From an uncultured Thermodesulfobacteriota bacterium (GTDB lineage: Bacteria > Desulfobacterota > B13-G15), in contig CAZIZI010000002.1 of the NCBI GenBank assembly GCA_964543765.1, positions 11,153 through 75,152 on the forward strand: a DNA stretch of 64,000 bases. The letters are read 5' to 3'. The notes beneath the pieces were generated by a model that worked only from the letters and a program-made list of their open reading frames with translations, did no database searches and had not been told where the DNA came from. Made by a program: the position numbers and the translations under genes. Positions 29,575 through 39,203 of the stretch are shown here, in pieces. Numbering within the stretch: the stretch's first letter is position 1; every line of letters starts with the position of its first letter.

Positions 29575-29850
29575 ATGGTGAAAGTCGATTTAGTCGAAAG
29601 GGTTTACGAAAAGATGGGGTTTTCAAAAAAAGAAGCGGCAAAAGCGGTGATGATTTTCTTTGAATTGATAAAAGAAAGCCTTGAGAAAGGGGAAGAGGTC
29701 AAATTGTCGGGCTTCGGTTCTTTCAAAGTCCGAACGAAAAAATCACTTAAAACCCGAAATCCGAAAACAGGTGAGCAAATCGAGATAAGGTCAAAGAGAA
29801 CTTTGATTTTCAAACCGAGTGGAATTTTAAGAAAATTGATGAACAGGTGA
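29575..29850 (+). CDS. ihfA: integration host factor alpha-like (HU/IHF family) DNA-binding protein
   Basis: 91 aa HU/IHF fold (GFGSFKVR...RNPKTGE). Conserved thrS-infC-rpmI-rplT-pheST-ihfA synteny. Confidence 0.7.
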   Translation: MVKVDLVERVYEKMGFSKKEAAKAVMIFFELIKESLEKGEEVKLSGFGSFKVRTKKSLKTRNPKTGEQIEIRSKRTLIFKPSGILRKLMNR

Positions 29851-30164
29851 GGAGACAAAAGTTTTTTTACCGCATCGGAGAGGTGAGTCGTATCTTAGGG
29901 GTAAAACCCCACGTGATAAGATACTGGGAGCAAGAATTTGAGCTTAATCCTAAAAGAAAAGAAGGTACCCATCGACGTTACACCCTCGAAGAGATAAAAA
30001 GATTAGAATTAATAAAAAGTTTGCTTTACGAACAGGGTTATACCATAGCTGGAGCTAAAAAAAAGATAAAATCTCTTTCTACAAACACCATCAATTACAA
30101 AGCTTTGGTGAAAGAAATTCTCGAAGAACTTTGTGAAATAAGACACATTTTAAAAAAATCTTGA
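29847..30164 (+). CDS. MerR-family transcriptional regulator
   Basis: 105 aa. N-terminal HTH YRIGEVSRILGVKPHVIRYWEQEF. Confidence 0.75.
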   Translation: MRRQKFFYRIGEVSRILGVKPHVIRYWEQEFELNPKRKEGTHRRYTLEEIKRLELIKSLLYEQGYTIAGAKKKIKSLSTNTINYKALVKEILEELCEIRHILKKS

Positions 30165-30228
30165 CAACCCCCTCGTTTTGTTTATTATTTTTTAATAAGC
30201 AAAAATTATTTTAAAAGGAGGTGAGGAG

Positions 30229-30339
30229 ATGGATTTGATGTTTCCTTTTTGGGTGTGGTTATGGATCGTTATAGGTACGAGTGTAATGAGTCTTGTGGGT
30301 ACATGGGTTGTCATTAAAAAGTCACGCCTTCTTAAATAA
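30229..30339 (+). CDS. 36-aa single-TM peptide upstream of the SSS transporter (possible small accessory subunit)
   Basis: ATG 8 nt after SD aaggaggtgagg. Sequence MDLMFPFWVWLWIVIGTSVMSLVGTWVVIKKSRLLK. The downstream transporter has the same SD (aaggaggtgag). Not in the ORF track (<60 aa). Confidence 0.5.
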   Translation: MDLMFPFWVWLWIVIGTSVMSLVGTWVVIKKSRLLK

Positions 30340-30357
30340 AGTATAAGGAGGTGAGAG

Positions 30358-31899
30358 ATGCAGTTTTTAGAAGTTCCAAAGCCAACGATAGCTACAGCTA
30401 CATGGGGTGCTATTGCGGTAGCTTTAATGTTGCTTTTTTCGCTATGGTTTGGGTTAATGGGGAGAAGGAGATGGGCTACTTTTGACGAATATATGGTCGG
30501 ACAGAGGACGATGGGTCCAATTGTAACTGGAGCGGCTGTTGCAGCGGCTTATTTAAGTGGTTGGGCCTTTTGTGGAAGCGCTGGGATAACTTATGCCTTT
30601 GGTTGGTCAGGCATGTGGTTTGCAGGGGTATGGACGCTTGTCGGTATTATGCCCTGTGTGTGGTTTACGGCTTTAAGAACTAGGGAATTATCGGCGGCTT
30701 TTGGAGCCACCACTTTGCCTGAACTTTTAGGCAGGCGATTTGACAGTAAGCTCCTTCAGACGGTCATAAGTATAGTGATGCTCATTTTCCTTTTCATGTA
30801 TTCCATAGGTCAGCTTAAAGCAGCAGGTGGCGTATGGTATGTGGCTACTGGATGGTCACCCCTTGCGTGTTTATTGGTCGCGGTGTTGGTGACTTGGGTT
30901 TACATGGCTTTAGGTGGGTATACCTCTTCCCAATGGGCTATGGGTTTTCAAGGTGCAGTTATTGGAGCGGTTGGGTTGATTATGGGCATATTAGCCATTA
31001 TAAAAATAGGTGGTCCTATTGGTCTTAATGAAAAGCTTGTAGCTGAGAACCCAGTTTTAATCAAGTTGATGAGGCCAGATTTGCCAAAAGTTGGACCAAC
31101 TCAGCTCTTTTCAAGTTTGGTGGGTATTTTGGCCACCCCAGTTTTATTCTTCACGATGGCTATAGGTTTTCCTCATAATGTGAGCCGTTTCCTTGGCATG
31201 AGGGAACTCACGAAAAGGGATTATGCCATCATGTGCTTTTTCGTTTGGCTTATAGCGGGAATACCTATAATGATAGATTGTGCTTGGAATGGGCTTGTTT
31301 CCAGGGCATTTTATGGTCCCCAACTTCTCAAGATTGAGCCTTGGAAAGCGGATTTAGCTAATCCAATGCTTGCATGGGCGGTTGGTGGGGTTCCACTTCT
31401 GGCAGCTTACACCGCTGCTCTTTTTGCCGCAGCCCTTTCCACGCTTTCGGCTATGGTCTTTATAATGGCCGGGAATGTGACGAGAGACCTGGTAAAGTTA
31501 TGGCGTCCTCAAACATCTGACAAAACGCTTATTTGGTTATTGAGAATTCTGCTCGGTGTGTTCCTTTTCTTCCCCTTCATTTATACTTTCTTTAGACCTC
31601 CTGCCCTTTTGGCCCTTTTTATGGGACAGGCCGCTATAGCACTTGGTGGGATCTTCTTCTTCGTAACCGCTATGTCCTATTATTGGAAAAGGGCTACTAA
31701 ATGGGGAGCCATTGCGGCTTGTATTTATGGAACCGTTATGACCCTTTGGGGCGCGACCCAGATAGCCAAAAAGACACTTGGAATGGGAACTCTTTTATGG
31801 ATCGTAGTTATAGGATGCGGAATTTGCTATTTCGTGGTAAGTTTACTTACTCGTCCACCTCGTGAGGAAGTGTTAAATAAAGCTTTTCCTCAGAAATAA
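30358..31899 (+). CDS. sodium:solute symporter (SSS) family transporter
   Basis: 513 aa, ~13 TM segments. SSS-type N-terminus (GRRRWATFDEYMVGQRTMG). Confidence 0.8.
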   Translation: MQFLEVPKPTIATATWGAIAVALMLLFSLWFGLMGRRRWATFDEYMVGQRTMGPIVTGAAVAAAYLSGWAFCGSAGITYAFGWSGMWFAGVWTLVGIMPCVWFTALRTRELSAAFGATTLPELLGRRFDSKLLQTVISIVMLIFLFMYSIGQLKAAGGVWYVATGWSPLACLLVAVLVTWVYMALGGYTSSQWAMGFQGAVIGAVGLIMGILAIIKIGGPIGLNEKLVAENPVLIKLMRPDLPKVGPTQLFSSLVGILATPVLFFTMAIGFPHNVSRFLGMRELTKRDYAIMCFFVWLIAGIPIMIDCAWNGLVSRAFYGPQLLKIEPWKADLANPMLAWAVGGVPLLAAYTAALFAAALSTLSAMVFIMAGNVTRDLVKLWRPQTSDKTLIWLLRILLGVFLFFPFIYTFFRPPALLALFMGQAAIALGGIFFFVTAMSYYWKRATKWGAIAACIYGTVMTLWGATQIAKKTLGMGTLLWIVVIGCGICYFVVSLLTRPPREEVLNKAFPQK

Positions 31900-31921
31900 G
31901 ATTTAGGAATTAACAAAATGA

Positions 31922-31954
31922 GGGGAACAGGGGGATTAGCCTTGTTCCCCTTTT
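31922..31954. terminator. bidirectional rho-independent terminator between the SSS gene and the convergent isochorismatase gene
   Basis: ggggaacag-ggggattagc-cttgttcccc followed by tttt. Upstream A/T-rich on the opposite strand. Confidence 0.65.
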
Positions 31955-32502
31955 AATTCTTTTAAAAATTCATCCGAAGAAATAATCCGTAAAAGAGGCC
32001 AAAGGGCGAAATTTCGATAAAGCTCTAAGGTTTTCTCATGAAATTCCCGTTTATGAGCAGCACAACAGTCTTCAAGCCAAATCACATAAAAATCATGGCA
32101 TAAGGCATCCATTACAGTCATCAAAACACAGACATTAGTGGTGATTCCTCCTACAGCTACTGTGTCTACGCCTAAAGTACGAAGCGTTTGATCGAGATCG
32201 GTTTTGAAAAATGCGCTAAATCTTCTTTTAGGCAGATAAATATCCGTATCACAAACCTCAATTTTCTCTGTTACCATTGAGCCTTCAGTTCCTCTTAAAG
32301 AATGTGGCTTCATCTTGCCTTTGAAGATAAAATCTTGGGGTAAAAAAGAATCACAAGCAAATATTACGGGTATATCTCTTTTTCTTGCCTCTCGCAAAAG
32401 CTTATTTATATTGGGAATGATTAATTCAGCTTCTTTAGCGATTGGGAATTTTGGGTCCAAATTGTCTTTTACCATATCTACTATTATTACAGCGGGCCTC
32501 AT
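31936..32502 (-). CDS. isochorismatase-family cysteine hydrolase (nicotinamidase-like)
   Basis: 188 aa. AVIIVDMVKD...GVDTVAVGGITTNVCV isochorismatase fold motifs. Confidence 0.8.
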   Translation of the reverse strand: MRPAVIIVDMVKDNLDPKFPIAKEAELIIPNINKLLREARKRDIPVIFACDSFLPQDFIFKGKMKPHSLRGTEGSMVTEKIEVCDTDIYLPKRRFSAFFKTDLDQTLRTLGVDTVAVGGITTNVCVLMTVMDALCHDFYVIWLEDCCAAHKREFHEKTLELYRNFALWPLLRIISSDEFLKELKGEQG

Positions 32503-32511
32503 TTCAATACT

Positions 32512-33159
32512 TCATTTTAGTTTTTCGATATCTTCCTGTTTTCCCAATACGTAAAGAATATCGCTATCCTTAATGAGGAAATTTGCTCCTGGATTAATTA
32601 TGAGTTTTTCCGGGACAAGTTGCCTTACGGCTAAGACATTTATTCCATAACGTGAACGCAATTCGAGCTCGCCTAAAGTTTTGCCAATAAAATTTTTGGG
32701 GGGCGCCAGTTCGATAATGGAATATTCGGGTGTTAAGGGGAGATAATCCATTATGTTTGGTGTAGTGAGGGCTTGAGCAAGTCTCAATGCTGTATCCCTT
32801 TCGGGGAAGATTATATCGGTTGCCCCAACCCTTTCTAATATCCTCCTATGGTCTTCGTTTGCTATTTTAACGATGATCCTTTTACATTTTAGGTCTTTAA
32901 GGTAAAGAGTAACCAAGACGCTTGCTCCCAGATCTCGTCCTAAGCTCACGATCACGGCATCCATTTTGTCTAAACCCAGTTCCTCTAAGACCCTTTTTTG
33001 GGTGGCATCCGCCAGTATAGCCTGAACCGTGTATTTCCCTATGGCCTGAACACGCTCTTTTTCCTTATCAATGGCGATTACCTCATGACCCTCTTCAGCT
33101 AAAGCGCGAACCAAGGTGGCCCCAAAGTTTCCTAAACCAATTACGGCAAATTTTTTCAT
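32512..33159 (-). CDS. trkA: K+ uptake protein TrkA/KtrA (NAD-binding RCK subunit)
   Basis: 215 aa. MKKFAVIGLGNFGATL Rossmann motif, RCK_C domain. Confidence 0.85.
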   Translation of the reverse strand: MKKFAVIGLGNFGATLVRALAEEGHEVIAIDKEKERVQAIGKYTVQAILADATQKRVLEELGLDKMDAVIVSLGRDLGASVLVTLYLKDLKCKRIIVKIANEDHRRILERVGATDIIFPERDTALRLAQALTTPNIMDYLPLTPEYSIIELAPPKNFIGKTLGELELRSRYGINVLAVRQLVPEKLIINPGANFLIKDSDILYVLGKQEDIEKLK

Positions 33160-33160
33160 T

Positions 33161-34501
33161 TTATCCTACCATTACCCCCTCTTCTGCATATTTAAATATG
33201 GGCTTTTCACGGATTACTACGAGAGCATAACTCATCGTTAAAAATCCAAGACGCCCTACAAGCATGGTGATAATTATAAGGATTTTGCCGCTATTATTCA
33301 AATAAGGGGTTATACCCGTAGATAACCCAACTGTTCCAAAAGCTGAAACCACTTCAAAAAGAATAGAGTGAAAGGATCCCTTATTCGGAGGGAGCACTCC
33401 AAGAATTAAACATAGAAAAAATATCAACGAAATGAACAAAAACGAGCCAATTACAAGGGAAATACTTCTGGACACAGTTTCAGAAGGAAGAGTCCTTTTG
33501 AAAAGTATAACCTCCTCTCTTCCTTTAAGCCGATTATAAAGAAGCGAAATAAGCACCGCAAAAGTAACTGTTTTTATTCCTCCACCACAAGAACCTGGGG
33601 AAGCCCCAATAAACATTAAGGTCATTAATAAAAATAAAGCTGCATCATTTAATTTTCCTATATCCACTGTGTTTAAACCACAAGTCCTGGCACTTACAGA
33701 ATGAAAGATTCCTACAAGTATTTTGTGCTTTAATGACATTATACTGAAAGTAGGATCACTTAATAATGTCAATATCAAAATAGAGCTACCAATTAAAATC
33801 AAAAATAACGAAGTTGTAACAGCCACTTTCGAATGTAATGAAAGCCGAGTGTGCTTTATTATGGCTTCTTTGAAATCCATTATTACGAGGAAACCTATCC
33901 CTCCCAAGAAAATAATTGTCATTATGATTAAATTTATTTTGACATCGCCTTGGAATCGGATTAAATTATCAGAAAATACCGAAAAACCCGCATTACAGAA
34001 AGCGGAGATGGAGTGAAATATGGAAACATAGATAGCTTCATAAAAAGAAAAGTGTTCATTCCAGCTGAAAAAGAGTAAAATTGCTCCTATAGATTGTATG
34101 ATAAAAGCTATAGTTATCACTTGTTTAGCCAAGGAAAATACATCTTTAAACGGTCTATAGGTAAAACTGGTTTCGATAGCCAATTTTGTCCTTAATGATA
34201 TATCCATTCCGATCATTTTCCAAAAGAATATGGAAAAGGTCATTATTCCTAAACCACCGAGTTCTATAAGTGTCAAAACTACAATTTGGCCAAAAAGTGT
34301 TAAGTCGTTTCCTATATCCAATATGGTAAGACCAGTTACACAAGTGGCTGAAGTAGCAGTGAGGATAGCGTCTATTAAAGTCAAAGGTTTTTTTGTAGAG
34401 ATGGGTAACATTAACAACGAAGTTCCTATAGATATTAACATAGCAAAACTTAATAAAAGCATCCTTTCTGGGGTCAGTAATTTGTAATAAACTTTTCTCA
34501 T
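33161..34501 (-). CDS. trkH: K+ transporter membrane subunit TrkH/KtrB
   Basis: 446 aa polytopic protein with repeated GxG-containing pore loops (GLGIMT, GFLVIM). Confidence 0.85.
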   Translation of the reverse strand: MRKVYYKLLTPERMLLLSFAMLISIGTSLLMLPISTKKPLTLIDAILTATSATCVTGLTILDIGNDLTLFGQIVVLTLIELGGLGIMTFSIFFWKMIGMDISLRTKLAIETSFTYRPFKDVFSLAKQVITIAFIIQSIGAILLFFSWNEHFSFYEAIYVSIFHSISAFCNAGFSVFSDNLIRFQGDVKINLIIMTIIFLGGIGFLVIMDFKEAIIKHTRLSLHSKVAVTTSLFLILIGSSILILTLLSDPTFSIMSLKHKILVGIFHSVSARTCGLNTVDIGKLNDAALFLLMTLMFIGASPGSCGGGIKTVTFAVLISLLYNRLKGREEVILFKRTLPSETVSRSISLVIGSFLFISLIFFLCLILGVLPPNKGSFHSILFEVVSAFGTVGLSTGITPYLNNSGKILIIITMLVGRLGFLTMSYALVVIREKPIFKYAEEGVMVG

Positions 34502-34504
34502 CTT

Positions 34505-35245
34505 TTATTCTTTGTAGTTTTTTATCAATCGTAGAGCTAAAAAAAGAAACATCAGAGAGAAACCTATAGTTATGAATAAGCTCAATAAGGCCACACGATC
34601 CCATTGGGACTTTCTAATCAGAATAGTGGAATAAGTTAATGGGAGTGCGTATATCAATGGTTTTACGAAAAAGGGCAGTTTTTCTAAGGGGAAGAAAGTC
34701 CCGCTGAAAAAGGCCATGGGCACCATCAGGAAGTTAGAGTAAATAGCCGTTTCCTCATGGCTTTTGGTGATCATTCCGATGATTACCCCTAAGGTTGAAA
34801 ACATAAAACAATTTAAAAGTAAACCTAACCAGAATATACCATTTGGATAGAAGGAGGTGCAACACAGAAGGTCTACACTTATAATAAGGGAGGAGGCGAA
34901 GAGTCCTCTTATAATCCCCGCCGTTATAATTCCCATTAAGATAGCTATGGGTTTAATCGGGGCTTGGACTAAGAGTTGGAAGGTTTTGAAATAAAGCCTG
35001 TCTATATTCAGACCATTAGCTATCCAGATGTAAGAATTGGTCATTGAGGTCATGGCTATAAGACCCGGGAGAAGGAAAGTGATGTAGTTTGTACCTGTTA
35101 CAGTTAGGTTTTCTCCAAGCCCAAAGCCGAATACTGCAAGATAAATGAGAGGACTAATAAGGGCTGACAGCACATAACTCAACTTAAGAAGTCGTTTTTT
35201 ATAAATGATAAGCTCACGGTATAGGATTGGTAAAAAATCAGTCAA
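34505..35245 (-). CDS. ABC-2 type transporter permease
   Basis: 246 aa, 6 TM. Immediately downstream of an ABC ATPase. Confidence 0.75.
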   Translation of the reverse strand: MTDFLPILYRELIIYKKRLLKLSYVLSALISPLIYLAVFGFGLGENLTVTGTNYITFLLPGLIAMTSMTNSYIWIANGLNIDRLYFKTFQLLVQAPIKPIAILMGIITAGIIRGLFASSLIISVDLLCCTSFYPNGIFWLGLLLNCFMFSTLGVIIGMITKSHEETAIYSNFLMVPMAFFSGTFFPLEKLPFFVKPLIYALPLTYSTILIRKSQWDRVALLSLFITIGFSLMFLFLALRLIKNYKE

Positions 35246-36077
35246 TTTTTTCTCCTGTCAGTCTTATGAAGATGTCTTCAAGGTTACTTTTTCTTATCGT
35301 AACAGGGCCTTCTTTTTCCCGGGCTTTTAAAAGGGCCTCTTCACGAGTCTTGAAGAATTCGTATTCAAAGCCCGCATCGTTTAAGGATTCTAATACCCAA
35401 AGCCCCACTTGATTTTTCAGTTCCTGAGGGGTTCCGCAGGCGATTATTTCTCCCTTGTTCATTATGGCTACACGGTCACATAAATATTCCGCTTCTTCTA
35501 TATAGTGGGTTGTCAAAAGGATGGTTTTTCCTTTATCCTTCGCCTTTTTTATAAAAGTCCAAATCTCCCGCCTTATCTGTGGATCAAGGCCGGTGGTGGG
35601 TTCGTCTAAGAAAATAACCGAAGGGTCATTTAGAAAGGATCTTGCTAAAAGAAGCCTTTTTTGCATGCCAAGAGAAAATTTTCTAATTTCTTCTTTACGG
35701 TATTCCCAGAGTCCCACAAATCGTAAAGCTTCTTCTATTTTGTGTTTTTTATCCCTTATTTTATGAAGCATGCAGTATATTAGGAGATTTTCGTAGGCAT
35801 TGAGTTCTTTATCCAAGTTAATTTCCTGAGGAATAACGCTTATACGGGATTTTACCACCAATGGATATTTCCATATATCCAGGCCTTCTATTTTACAACT
35901 TCCGCGGTCCGGTTTGGTCAAAAAGGTTAGGATCTTCAAAGTCGTTGTTTTACCCGCGCCATTGGGGCCAAGAAGGCCGAATATCTCCCCTTTCCTTACT
36001 TCCAGGTTAAGATCCTTTACGGCCCAAACGGAGCCATAGGATTTCCACACTCCCTTTGTCTCGATGCTTATTACCAT
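35238..36077 (-). CDS. ABC transporter ATP-binding protein
   Basis: 279 aa. Walker A GPNGAGKTT, signature LSLGMQKRL, Walker B ILFLDEPTTGLD. Confidence 0.85.
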   Translation of the reverse strand: MVISIETKGVWKSYGSVWAVKDLNLEVRKGEIFGLLGPNGAGKTTTLKILTFLTKPDRGSCKIEGLDIWKYPLVVKSRISVIPQEINLDKELNAYENLLIYCMLHKIRDKKHKIEEALRFVGLWEYRKEEIRKFSLGMQKRLLLARSFLNDPSVIFLDEPTTGLDPQIRREIWTFIKKAKDKGKTILLTTHYIEEAEYLCDRVAIMNKGEIIACGTPQELKNQVGLWVLESLNDAGFEYEFFKTREEALLKAREKEGPVTIRKSNLEDIFIRLTGEKID

Positions 36078-36083
36078 GGCGGT

Positions 36084-37286
36084 TTATTCGTGCCTTAAAG
36101 CCTCGATAGGATTGAGATGTGCGGCCTTCCGAGCCGGGAAGAGACCGAAAAAGACCCCTATTGCAAAAGAAACCCCAAAAGCTAAAAGGGTCATTTCGGG
36201 ACGAAAGACAAAAGGAAGAAGTAGAAGTTTACATAAAAGTAGAGAAACTCCTAAGGCTACTCCAAGTCCTATGAACCCACCCAAGGTGGAGAGAATGACA
36301 GCCTCGAACAAAAACTGACGTATTATATCCCCTTGTGTTGCTCCGAGGGCTAACCTTAAGCCTATTTCTCTTGTGCGCTCAGTAACCGAAACAAGCATGA
36401 TATTCATTATACCAATACCACCCACCAAGAGGCTAACTGCAGCTACTGCTCCCAAAAAGAGGGTTAGAGTCCTGGTGGTTCCGGAAAAGGCTTCGAGCAA
36501 TTCCCGAGCGTCCCTTATTTCGAAATTATCAAGTTCATTGGGTCCGAGTTTTCTTTGTTCCCTTAAAATTTCCCTGATTTGCTCCTTTACCCTGTCAATA
36601 GAGAAACCCTCTTCTACTGATACATACATAAAGTTTACGTTATCATTTCCGGCTATTCTTCTCTGAAAGGTCTTTAAGGGCACAAGAACCACATCATCGG
36701 CATCGGGGCCGAAACTTATTCCCTTTTCCTTCAATAAACCTATTACCCGAAAGGGTACGCTTTTAATCCTGATGGCGTTTCCGATTGGATCCTCTTCGCC
36801 AAAAAGTTGTCTTTTGACTGTTTGTCCTATCAGACAAACTGCTTCTCCCCGTTTCTCTTCATTCACGTCAAAGGATCTTCCGCTTTCAAGTTCCCAATTC
36901 CGAGCTTGAAGAAAGGAAGAATTTGTGCCTGTACAGGTTGTGGCCCAGTTTTTGTTGCCAAAAACCACCTGGACGCTTTTTGAAGAAGCGGGAGCTATAA
37001 TTCTTATTCCCTGAACCTGTCTCTGTATGACCTGTAAATCCCTCAGCTTGAAAGGTGGAGCTTCTTCTCTTACTCCTCCGTGTCTGAATTGCCCTGGCCT
37101 TATGGTTAGAAGGTTCGTCCCCATCTTGGAAATTTCCCTTTGGACTTTAAGGGTAGCACCACTTCCAATTGTCACCATGGTTATTACGGAAGCTACTCCT
37201 ATAACCACCCCTAAGCAAGTGAGGATTGACCTTAAGGGGGTACGGCTTATCTCTCTTAGGGCTATCTTAAAGATCTCACGCCACAT
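36084..37286 (-). CDS. ABC transporter permease, FtsX/MacB-like
   Basis: 400 aa. N-terminal TM, large periplasmic domain, C-terminal FtsX 4-TM bundle. Confidence 0.8.
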   Translation of the reverse strand: MWREIFKIALREISRTPLRSILTCLGVVIGVASVITMVTIGSGATLKVQREISKMGTNLLTIRPGQFRHGGVREEAPPFKLRDLQVIQRQVQGIRIIAPASSKSVQVVFGNKNWATTCTGTNSSFLQARNWELESGRSFDVNEEKRGEAVCLIGQTVKRQLFGEEDPIGNAIRIKSVPFRVIGLLKEKGISFGPDADDVVLVPLKTFQRRIAGNDNVNFMYVSVEEGFSIDRVKEQIREILREQRKLGPNELDNFEIRDARELLEAFSGTTRTLTLFLGAVAAVSLLVGGIGIMNIMLVSVTERTREIGLRLALGATQGDIIRQFLFEAVILSTLGGFIGLGVALGVSLLLCKLLLLPFVFRPEMTLLAFGVSFAIGVFFGLFPARKAAHLNPIEALRHE

Positions 37287-37971
37287 ATTCTTCTTTTATG
37301 ATTTTACCATCAGAAAGGACAATTCTTCTTTTAGCATAACTAGCGATATCCTCTTCGTGAGTCACCAATATTATGGTCACTCCCTCTTCCCGATTAAGGC
37401 GCAAGAAAAGCTCCATTATCTCGTGGCTACTTTTAGAATCCAAGTTCCCCGTAGGTTCATCCGCCAAAAGTAACACTGGTTCCGTTACCATAGCCCTTGC
37501 GATTGCAACCCTCTGTTGTTCCCCTCCCGAAAGTTCTGAAGGGCGGTGATGTATCCGGTCTTTCAAGCCCACAAGTTCGAGCATCTCAAGGGCCTTTTTC
37601 CTTCTTATGTCCTTCGGTAATCGGTGATAAATAAGAGGTAGTTCTACATTTTCTAAAGCTGAAGCCCGTTCTAAAAGGTTAAAGCTTTGAAAGACAAATC
37701 CAATGAAATAACGCCTTAAAAGGGCCCTCTGATCAGGCGATAAGTTCGTTACTGGTAGGTTTTGAAAAAGATACTCTCCCGAAGAGGGCACATCCAAACA
37801 TCCCAATATGTTCATACAGGTCGATTTACCTGAGCCACTTGCTCCCATAATTGCCACAAATTCGCCGTGTTTCACCCTTAGGCTTATACCTCTTAAGGCA
37901 TGAACCGCATTTTGGCCTTTTCCGTAAATTTTCGTAACTTCTTTTAGTTCCACTATAATATGGTCCTTCAT
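37276..37971 (-). CDS. ABC transporter ATP-binding protein (MacB/LolD-type)
   Basis: 231 aa. GASGSGKST Walker A, LSGGEQQRVAIARA signature, LLLADEPTGNLD Walker B. Confidence 0.85.
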   Translation of the reverse strand: MKDHIIVELKEVTKIYGKGQNAVHALRGISLRVKHGEFVAIMGASGSGKSTCMNILGCLDVPSSGEYLFQNLPVTNLSPDQRALLRRYFIGFVFQSFNLLERASALENVELPLIYHRLPKDIRRKKALEMLELVGLKDRIHHRPSELSGGEQQRVAIARAMVTEPVLLLADEPTGNLDSKSSHEIMELFLRLNREEGVTIILVTHEEDIASYAKRRIVLSDGKIIKEEYVA

Positions 37972-39203
37972 TTTTCCTCCATTCCCACCACCACTTCCAT
38001 CCCTGGTTTTAAAAGATCAGATATAACCTGAGTGAATTGACCGTCACTTGGCCCTGTTTTAACCGGGATAGGAATGAGTTTACCTTCCTTTAAGACCCAA
38101 ACTTTTTTTTCCAATGGAGTAATTTGGGGCATCCTTCTTGGGAAAACCGGCATAAAAAGCGAGACAAATCCTCTCTTTTCTTTTTTATATATCCTTGAAG
38201 GATCAAACCTTAAAGCTTGGTTTGGAATAAGGAGGACATCCTTCAATTCCTTAACGATGATTTCGGCCGTTGCAGTCATTCCTGGCCTTAAAAGGAGTTC
38301 CGGGTTGCTGACCTCCAAAACAACCTCATAGGTGACTACTCCTTGGGATGTTTTGGGATAAAAGCGGACCTCTTGTACCTTGGCTTCAAATTCCTTTTCG
38401 GGGTATGCATCAACAGTGAATTTGGCCTTTTGGCCTACTTGGACTTGGGCGATGTCGGCCTCATCTACGTCCAATATTAATTGCATTTTCCTCAAGTCCT
38501 CAGCCAGGGTAAATAAAGCAGGGCTTTGAAGCGAGGAGACTATAGTTTGGCCCACTTCTACATGTCTTGCCAATACTATCCCATTGATAGGGGACCTGAT
38601 GATCGCCTTTTGGAGTTCGGCTTCTTTAAGCTTTATTAGAGCCTTGGCCTCCTCGATGAGTGCTTGAGAGCGTAACATTTCTGCTTGAAGCTTCTGAACT
38701 TCGGATCTTTGTAGCTCTATCTCTAGTTGTGAGGGCGTTTTCCCTCCTGAACGCTCATAAGCTTCGAGCATCCTATTGAGTTTCCCTTCTGCTAAAGTCA
38801 AATCCGCCTGGACTTTTTTGAAATTGGCCATTTCGCCTTCTACCTTGGCTTGGGCTTGTAAAAGCTCCGACTCAATCCGAGTGGTATCAAGCCGAGCCAA
38901 TACCTGTCCCTTCTTTACCCTATGGTTGTAATCAACTTCTATTGAACGAATTGTGCCTGAAATTTCACTGCCTACTTCCACTTGATTGAGGGGTTTTAAG
39001 GTACCTGTCGCATTAACCTTTACCACTAAATTACCCCTGGATATCTTAACGGTTCTATAATTGACCTTTGGTTGGGAAGTTATAAAAATCAAGATCAAGA
39101 CCACCAAAATAATGGCCAAAATTGCAATTCCCCATATCACTTTTTTGCCAGAGGATTTTGGGGAGATAGTGAGGATCTTTTCAAGGCTCGTTCTTTCTTC
39201 CAT
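37968..39203 (-). CDS. efflux periplasmic adaptor (HlyD/MacA family)
   Basis: 411 aa. N-terminal TM, coiled-coil hairpin, lipoyl and beta-barrel domains. Confidence 0.8.
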   Translation of the reverse strand: MEERTSLEKILTISPKSSGKKVIWGIAILAIILVVLILIFITSQPKVNYRTVKISRGNLVVKVNATGTLKPLNQVEVGSEISGTIRSIEVDYNHRVKKGQVLARLDTTRIESELLQAQAKVEGEMANFKKVQADLTLAEGKLNRMLEAYERSGGKTPSQLEIELQRSEVQKLQAEMLRSQALIEEAKALIKLKEAELQKAIIRSPINGIVLARHVEVGQTIVSSLQSPALFTLAEDLRKMQLILDVDEADIAQVQVGQKAKFTVDAYPEKEFEAKVQEVRFYPKTSQGVVTYEVVLEVSNPELLLRPGMTATAEIIVKELKDVLLIPNQALRFDPSRIYKKEKRGFVSLFMPVFPRRMPQITPLEKKVWVLKEGKLIPIPVKTGPSDGQFTQVISDLLKPGMEVVVGMEEK

